This document shows positions 57,814 through 64,000 of a stretch of DNA of 64,000 bases, one piece after another. The notes under the pieces are model-generated. The model was given only the letters and a program-made list of their open reading frames with translations. It searched no databases and was not told where the DNA came from. The first letter of the stretch is position 1; the number at the start of each line of letters is the position of its first letter. A program made the translations under genes and the position numbers. This stretch comes from Promethearchaeia archaeon (lineage in GTDB: Archaea > Asgardarchaeota > Lokiarchaeia > Sigyniarchaeales > SOKP01), in assembly GCA_029856125.1 (NCBI GenBank), contig JAHQWJ010000014.1, positions 32,001 through 96,000 on the forward strand, read 5' to 3'.

Positions 57814-59364
57814 ATGAGAATTAGAAACAATTATTCATTTCGAATCGCGCTACATCTAATTCTAATACTATTCCAGCTACTATTTTGGAATTTCACCATA
57901 GACGATGCGTTTATCTCGTTTAGATACGCTAAAAACCTTTTTCTAAATCAAGAAATGGTATTCAATACAGGTGAAGCTCCTGTTGAAGGCTATTCGAATT
58001 TCTTATGGGTAATATGGATGACGTTAAGTTTCGTATTTAACATAGAAGTTGTCTTTTTTTCCAAAATTTCGGGATTGATATTGTGTCACTTGAGTGTTCT
58101 ACTCCTTTACAAATTAGCTTTTCGAATAAGTAAATCAAAAGATTTAAGTTGTTTAGTAATTCTTTTTTATGTTTTAACTCCAAACATAGCTTTATGGTCT
58201 ATTGGTGGGTTGGAGACTTCATTATTCTCCTGTCTTTTACTTGTATCCGTCTACTTTTTTATTCTAGATGTATCTGTTAGGAAAAATCGTATGATTAAAC
58301 TGTCGCCTTTTTCTTTTCTCTTGTTAAGTTTAACACGCCACGAAGGAGCAGTCTTATTTGCTCTCACATTGATTTTCTTTCTATATTTACTTATCAAGAG
58401 TAATGAAATTAATATAAATAGACGAATACTTCTTCTTTTTTGTTATGGTGGAACATTTATACTTACTTACGCTCCCTATTTTCTATGGAGAATCGCTTAT
58501 TATGATAACATTCTCCCTCATACATTCGTAGCAAAGCAAACGGGTTTTGATTTGCTGTTGTTTACACAGCGAATAATTTTCTATTTACCGTTAATAATCT
58601 TTTTATTACCTACTTTATTAATAATTATGTTTTACTATATTAAACGTTCCGATTATCGGATTAAGGACGTGATTCACCAGTACATTATTCTACTTACGCT
58701 CTCGTTATCGATTATACTACTATTCTTAACGGCCTGGATGCCAGGATTTAGATTTAGCGTACCTGTGATTCCATTAGTCTATTTATTACTACTGAAACCG
58801 CTTAATTTCCTAGAAACTACTTATAGAAATAAATTTAAACTCAACATTTTGTCTAAAAATTTCAATTATATAACTGTTACAATAATCTGCCTCTTGAATT
58901 TCTCACAGGTATTTATGTTCTATCCTTTCGTTGATTTATATGGAGCTGGAATCAAGGAATGTAATATTGTTTTAGGAAAGTGGATTAACGAGAATTCCTT
59001 TAGTAATTCATCACTCGCTATTTGGGATGCCGGAGCTATTCCATTTTATTCTAATATTCGCACAATCGATATATACTCCAATAGTTTACAAGATTTACAC
59101 TTGTATAATAATCCAGAAGATGCAGATTACATTTTAGAGCAAAATGTAACTTTTCTTATATTGAATGACGAATATTTTAGTTACATTAAAGCAGATGTTC
59201 GCTTCCTCAATAATTATCACTTGATCTTATACGCTCAGTTTTATTATGCTGACATCTTCTATAGAAGAGATTATGTCTACCAAATGTATTTATTCAATAA
59301 TTTTAATGTCTCCGAATCAGCAATTAATGATTTGATTAACACTTCTGATAGATTTTATATTTGA
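57814..59364 (+). CDS. GT-C superfamily membrane glycosyltransferase
   Basis: DDAFISFRYA.N, FN.GE.PVEGYSN.LW, GLET, TR.EG, DAGAIPFYS. Confidence 0.82.
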   Translation: MRIRNNYSFRIALHLILILFQLLFWNFTIDDAFISFRYAKNLFLNQEMVFNTGEAPVEGYSNFLWVIWMTLSFVFNIEVVFFSKISGLILCHLSVLLLYKLAFRISKSKDLSCLVILFYVLTPNIALWSIGGLETSLFSCLLLVSVYFFILDVSVRKNRMIKLSPFSFLLLSLTRHEGAVLFALTLIFFLYLLIKSNEININRRILLLFCYGGTFILTYAPYFLWRIAYYDNILPHTFVAKQTGFDLLLFTQRIIFYLPLIIFLLPTLLIIMFYYIKRSDYRIKDVIHQYIILLTLSLSIILLFLTAWMPGFRFSVPVIPLVYLLLLKPLNFLETTYRNKFKLNILSKNFNYITVTIICLLNFSQVFMFYPFVDLYGAGIKECNIVLGKWINENSFSNSSLAIWDAGAIPFYSNIRTIDIYSNSLQDLHLYNNPEDADYILEQNVTFLILNDEYFSYIKADVRFLNNYHLILYAQFYYADIFYRRDYVYQMYLFNNFNVSESAINDLINTSDRFYI

Positions 59365-59370
59365 AGTAAT

Positions 59371-60183
59371 TTAATCTAATTTTAATCCTTTAATCGGTTT
59401 TCGCGATCGGGGAGGCGCTCGTTTGAAGGTTATATTAGGATAACCAATTATGAAAGCCCCCAAACGCTTGCCTCTAACACCAGCTAATTTCATTATTTTC
59501 TTGTTGTGCTGAGATGCCATCTGAATATAACCGATCCAACACGTACCTAGGCCTAAAGATTGTGCTGCGAGTCTACCGTATGTAATAATAATTCCAATGT
59601 TATGATCCGCAAGTCGCATATCCAGCATGGAAGAAACAATTATCACATGGGGGGCGTCATAGAATAGGGGAATTTCATACTTCTTTTTCAGAGCTATAAA
59701 TGATTTTTCATATTGTGCACCCATGCCAAGAGTATTTAGGATCGTGTCAATTACCATATCTGATAAACTTTTGAGTTTTTCTCGATCAGATACAACCGTG
59801 TACTTTTCATACCTGAGATTGCTGCCTGTTGGAGCATATTGCATCATATCCGTGACTTTTTTCAAAGTGTCTTTCGGGACTTCTTTCTTTTTATAATGTC
59901 TTATAGAACGGTGACCTCTTAGAAATTTATACAGAGTATCAAAAGGTACGATTGAATCGAGTTTTTCAATCCCTTCAAATGTGAACGCTTCATCTCCAAA
60001 ATCTTCGTAAATTATTGCATCTGGCGGACAGACTGCGATACAATGCCCACAAAGGCTACACATATTGTCTAAATCCTCAAAAAGGACCTTCTTCTTGGCT
60101 TCGTCAAAGATAAAAAATCGACACTCTTTAATACATAATCGGCAACCATTACATTTGTCATAATCTATTCCCACAATCGGCAT
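59371..60183 (-). CDS. Ferredoxin-nitroreductase fusion
   Basis: CNGCRLC..EC, CSLCGHCIAVCP, RSIRHY, APTGSN, GLGTCWIG. Confidence 0.92.
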   Translation of the reverse strand: MPIVGIDYDKCNGCRLCIKECRFFIFDEAKKKVLFEDLDNMCSLCGHCIAVCPPDAIIYEDFGDEAFTFEGIEKLDSIVPFDTLYKFLRGHRSIRHYKKKEVPKDTLKKVTDMMQYAPTGSNLRYEKYTVVSDREKLKSLSDMVIDTILNTLGMGAQYEKSFIALKKKYEIPLFYDAPHVIIVSSMLDMRLADHNIGIIITYGRLAAQSLGLGTCWIGYIQMASQHNKKIMKLAGVRGKRLGAFIIGYPNITFKRAPPRSRKPIKGLKLD

Positions 60184-60385
60184 AATTTTCCTTTTTTTGT
60201 ATTTTTATAGAATTGATTAAAGAATAGAATTTCTTAAAATTTTCGGATTAATTATCCAAGTAGTTTGAAATTATAGAGGAAAATCTAAACAAAACTATTT
60301 TTTTTCTTTCATACTATATTCACTAATAAAACTTTTAACTGAATTTTCTCTTTTATTTTTTATTAAATTATAATTTCGCAGAGAT

Positions 60386-61375
60386 ATGACTAAAGAGGAA
60401 GATACTCCTCCTAATCAAATTGGAAGGATTTTAAGCATAGACGTATTTAAAGGGCTAACAATTCTTCTAATGGTTTTTATTAACACTTTTCAGCCTTATG
60501 ATGATGTTCCCGCTTGGTCTAAGCACGCTGGGGAATATGGCTTAACTTATATTGATTTGGTGGCACCTTTTTTTGTATTTATGCTAGCGCTTAATATGAA
60601 AATCTCATATAAACGGCGTGTTGAAAAATTTGGGAAGAAAAGAGCAGCGTTAAGATTTATTCGCAGATTTTTAATTTTCATTGGGATAGGCTTAGTATTA
60701 ACAATATATGTCGATTATAACAGTTTTTATTTTCAATGGGGTACCCTTCAAGTTCTAGGGTTTTCAGGATTAATGGTATTACCTCTACTAGATTTAAAAC
60801 CATTTGTGAAGCTAACCTTTGCCACCATTTTTATGGTTTTACATCAGTTAATTCTTCTTACGCCTGCAAGCGTAATAATTTACGAATCAGTAGAAGGAGG
60901 TATTTTAGCAGTACTTTCATGGGGCTCCATGATGATTTTATCTTCGTTTTTAGCTGAGGGTGTAGGGAATGGTAAGGAACAGGTAAAGCACTATTTCTTG
61001 TATGGCGGGTTCATTTCTCTATTAATTGGGATTGGAACTGGTTTCGTTTTGGGTGTAAGTAGACCCTATATTTCGTTGCCGTATATTTTAATTAGCGTAG
61101 GAGTAGCGTCGTTGCTATATTATCTCTTGTATTTTATATTTGAAGAATGGAAAGTAAATTATAATTTCATTAAAAAAGAGAGGATTTTCAGCGTTGTGGG
61201 GAAGAATGCGTTTATGTTTTATTTAATCCATATATTGATCGCATACACGATTTATTCGATATTCCCTTTCGATACGCCTAGCATCATTATCTTCCCTTTA
61301 GCCATTGTTCATACTGCTTTCATCTGGCTTATGGCGTATTACATGAACAAACTGGAAATGTTTATCGTTATATGA
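60386..61375 (+). CDS. HGSNAT-like membrane acyltransferase
   Basis: RILSIDVFKGLTI.LM..IN, H, DLV.P.F.F, G.LQ. Confidence 0.78.
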   Translation: MTKEEDTPPNQIGRILSIDVFKGLTILLMVFINTFQPYDDVPAWSKHAGEYGLTYIDLVAPFFVFMLALNMKISYKRRVEKFGKKRAALRFIRRFLIFIGIGLVLTIYVDYNSFYFQWGTLQVLGFSGLMVLPLLDLKPFVKLTFATIFMVLHQLILLTPASVIIYESVEGGILAVLSWGSMMILSSFLAEGVGNGKEQVKHYFLYGGFISLLIGIGTGFVLGVSRPYISLPYILISVGVASLLYYLLYFIFEEWKVNYNFIKKERIFSVVGKNAFMFYLIHILIAYTIYSIFPFDTPSIIIFPLAIVHTAFIWLMAYYMNKLEMFIVI

Positions 61376-61480
61376 TTTGAATATCTTCTCAAAATGTTCA
61401 ATTATATCATAAAGCTTATAAAAAAGAATTGCATAATTGTTATTTGCACTTTTCTTTACATTTACTTCACGGGAAATAAT

Positions 61481-61786
61481 ATGACTATTTTAGAGGAACA
61501 ATTTCTATTGTTTGAAATAGATGAGGAAAAAGAAGATTTTATAGAAATTGAAGTTGAAGATAGTCCTCTATATATGTATTTAGACGCTTCCTCAATCTTC
61601 ATAATTGTAGACCCTATAGATAAAAAGGTCTGGATATTTCATGGCGAGAAAGTTAGTATCAGACAGAAATTTATCGCTGCTCAGAAAGCGCCAAATATTC
61701 GAGATAGATATGGAATCGATTTTAAAATTGTAGCGGTTGATGAGGGAAGCGAACCGCCTGAATTTAAGGAAATCGTAGGTTTATAA
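61481..61786 (+). CDS. Single-domain gelsolin-like protein
   Basis: LD....FII.D....VWIFHG..........A...A.....VDEGSEP.EF; ATG 61481 preferred over 61394. Confidence 0.78.
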   Translation: MTILEEQFLLFEIDEEKEDFIEIEVEDSPLYMYLDASSIFIIVDPIDKKVWIFHGEKVSIRQKFIAAQKAPNIRDRYGIDFKIVAVDEGSEPPEFKEIVGL

Positions 61787-61879
61787 CAATTTCTTTTCTC
61801 AAAAATTTTCAATAAATTTCTTAATTGTAAGAATCTTAATATGTAGATGTTCTCCTAGTAGTATGGTTGTATGAACTAA

Positions 61880-61945
61880 TTAGCGCGAAAAACAATAGAT
61901 GAAGGAGACGAACCACCCGAATTTAAAGAGATCGTGGGTTCATGA
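61880..61945 (+). pseudogene. 3' remnant of a second gelsolin-like gene
   Basis: IDEGDEPPEFKEIVGS* vs VDEGSEPPEFKEIVGL*; in-frame TAA at 61877 upstream. Confidence 0.7.
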
Positions 61946-62003
61946 TAAAATCGCTTCAAAATACAATAGTATTAAATGTTTACTGGAATTAATTTCCATT
62001 TAG

Positions 62004-63149
62004 GTGGTTGCTATTAAGAAAAGTTACAAAGTAAGTGTTATTGTTATTATAGCTATAAGTTTGATTTTAGTAATTATGATCTCCCTAATAGTTCTAAATC
62101 TATCGCAAAAGCCTAGCTTTAATCAAATCATGATAGATAATAACTATCAAGAAGCCGGGCGAATTTTTGGGGCTGATGTCGATAACGATGGAGATATTGA
62201 CGTGATTTCAGCATCTCATGGATTAAATCAAATCGCTTGGTGGGAAAATACAGATATGAGTTTTACAAAACATCTTATCGCGAATAGTTTTACTAACGCT
62301 TTCTTCATTAATATCGGTGATGTTGATAAAGACGGTGATATAGATGTTCTAGGAGTAAGCGATTCTGGTGATGAACTTGCGTGGTGGGAAAACAATTACA
62401 CCGTTTTCATTAAACACACATTAGCGTTATCTTATGAGACGCCTACAGGTATAAATTGTTTTGATGTAGATCTTGACAACGATATTGATATTATAAGCAC
62501 TGGTGCCCAAGAAGTTACGTGGTGGGAGAATAATGGTAATCAAACCTTTACAGAACACGAAATTTCGCTAGGATACCCAGAAATTTCTGATGAAGGGCAC
62601 GCTTCAGTTTTCGCAGCTGACTTAGATAATGATAACGATGTAGACATCGTAACAGGGTCTTCGTCTTCAGTTCAAATAGGTGAACTTTGTTGTTGGGAAA
62701 ATAATGGAACTGAAGGCTTTTCAAAACAACAACTTTCAGTAAATTACGGAAGAATTCACGAGCTTTACTCCGTTGATGTTGATAAGGATGGAGATCTTGA
62801 TATTGTTAGCAATTCCGCTACCTTAGATACCGTTGATTGGTTTGAAAACTTGGGAAACTTAACATTTACTAAGCACTTAATATCTTCTAATTTTGGTGGA
62901 CCAAATAGTGCGTTTCCAATTGACATTGACAACGATGGAGATGTCGATATTATTGGTGCAGCTCTGTTAGCCGATAAAATCAGCTGGTTTGAGAATAACG
63001 GATTTCAAGAATTTACTGAACATATTCTAACTAGCAGTTTTAATGGTGCTTCAAGTTGTTCTGCAATAGATCTCAATGGGGATTCGAAAATAGATATTTT
63101 AACAACAGCTTGGAGTGCTTCTGAAGTCGTAGCTTGGATACAATCCTAA
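62004..63149 (+). CDS. FG-GAP/VCBS repeat beta-propeller with an N-terminal membrane anchor
   Basis: Seven D.D.DGD.D repeats, most followed by a W.EN motif. Confidence 0.9.
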   Translation: MVAIKKSYKVSVIVIIAISLILVIMISLIVLNLSQKPSFNQIMIDNNYQEAGRIFGADVDNDGDIDVISASHGLNQIAWWENTDMSFTKHLIANSFTNAFFINIGDVDKDGDIDVLGVSDSGDELAWWENNYTVFIKHTLALSYETPTGINCFDVDLDNDIDIISTGAQEVTWWENNGNQTFTEHEISLGYPEISDEGHASVFAADLDNDNDVDIVTGSSSSVQIGELCCWENNGTEGFSKQQLSVNYGRIHELYSVDVDKDGDLDIVSNSATLDTVDWFENLGNLTFTKHLISSNFGGPNSAFPIDIDNDGDVDIIGAALLADKISWFENNGFQEFTEHILTSSFNGASSCSAIDLNGDSKIDILTTAWSASEVVAWIQS

Positions 63150-63187
63150 AAAAAAATTCGTGAAATTAATCTTTCACGATCATGATA

Positions 63188-64000
63188 TTATAGATCATTC
63201 TGTAATGCATCATAAAGCGATTTCGCTATAGTATAGAAGGCATGTTCAACATTTTCACCAGTTTTTGCGCTGGTTTCAATGTATCCTAAATTAAGGTAAC
63301 TCGCAAGATCAGATCCTTTTTCAGATACACTCTCGGTAGATTGGCCAATATCCTTTTTATTTCCAATTATATACCCCGTTAAAGCTGGTCTATCTTTTAA
63401 TTGATTTTGAATATCGAAATGCCAACTTGTAACGCTTTCTAATGAGCTTGGTTTTGATAAATCAAATATAAGGAATAAACCATCAGAACCTAAATAGAAT
63501 TGTTGTCTCATAGTTTGGAACTTTTGCTGACCAGCTATGTCCCAAATAACTAATTGTATGTAAGATTCTTCAATTTGAAATATCTTATCCGAGACGTGGA
63601 CTCCCAGTGTTGGAATATAATGCCTTCGAAACGCGTTATTTGTAAATCTTAATATTAGTGAAGATTTACCAACGGAGGGATCGCCACAAATTATGATTTT
63701 AAATTTATAATTAATTAAATTAGCTTCTTTTATTTTCTGATCAGGAAAAGCTTTCGCATTTTCCTCAGCAATCTCGTTATTTTTGAATTCGTTTAAGATT
63801 TGATTAATAATGAGGGAGAGATTATTTAAAACATCCATAAAATTCTCTCTTGGAGCTTTTGATTTTTGTAAGTGTGCAATTTTTTCAGCCACTTCTTTAA
63901 ATGGAGAATCAAAATGATTCAAATATTTATAAAAGATAACATCGTTAGATTCTTTAAATAATAAAGTAATCGCTCCTTGTCCAATTCCACCTCGTCTCTC
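63188..64000 (-). CDS. Rab/Ras-like small GTPase with an N-terminal extension (5'-partial)
   Basis: GDPSVGKSS, YIPTLG, WDIAGQ, GNKKD, ETSAK; the frame stays open from 63922 to the window edge. Confidence 0.9.
   Translation of the reverse strand, partial: ERRGGIGQGAITLLFKESNDVIFYKYLNHFDSPFKEVAEKIAHLQKSKAPRENFMDVLNNLSLIINQILNEFKNNEIAEENAKAFPDQKIKEANLINYKFKIIICGDPSVGKSSLILRFTNNAFRRHYIPTLGVHVSDKIFQIEESYIQLVIWDIAGQQKFQTMRQQFYLGSDGLFLIFDLSKPSSLESVTSWHFDIQNQLKDRPALTGYIIGNKKDIGQSTESVSEKGSDLASYLNLGYIETSAKTGENVEHAFYTIAKSLYDALQNDL

Noticed and set aside
2781-60957. Numerous 60-155 aa overlapping or antisense ORFs in the track (e.g. 18200..18631, 22387..22758, 31692..32156, 54942..55304)
   Set aside because: They are shadows of well-supported genes and have no motifs of their own.
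61394-61480. Hydrophobic N-terminal extension on the gelsolin protein
   Set aside because: It looks like AT-rich promoter sequence; ATG 61481 is the more plausible start.

Overview
AT-rich, gene-dense archaeal window, most consistent with an Asgard archaeon of the Lokiarchaeia. This is inferred from a Rab-like small GTPase, a single-domain gelsolin, a UBC/UEV-like plus MPN fusion, a VhuU-type selenopeptide and isopentenyl-phosphate kinase. It carries [NiFe]-hydrogenase maturation genes (hypF, D, E, C, plus cooC) and an mvhG-mvhA-vhuU-hdrC-hdrB operon divergent from a tusA-yeeE-dsrEFH sulfur relay. It also holds two convergent purF paralogs, serA, a bacillithiol-like operon with a GT2 and no bshA, an ADP-forming acyl-CoA synthetase and a VapBC pair. 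The best candidate for an undescribed system is at about 14.5-25.9 kb. It combines heme O synthase, two 12-TM proteins with heme-copper-oxidase-like His spacing but no canonical CuB/FeB His-His pair, an exported protein with a predicted N-terminal His, and a cytochrome-b-like/FAD/FeS-CCG dehydrogenase operon. The ORF track misses a 50-aa UGA-containing hydrogenase peptide with a downstream hairpin, a 51-aa hyperacidic microprotein, three genes that need ATH (ATT/ATA/ATC) starts, and a gelsolin remnant. No rRNA, tRNA, CRISPR array or intact mobile element was seen. All family calls come from motif recognition by eye; no database searches were run.
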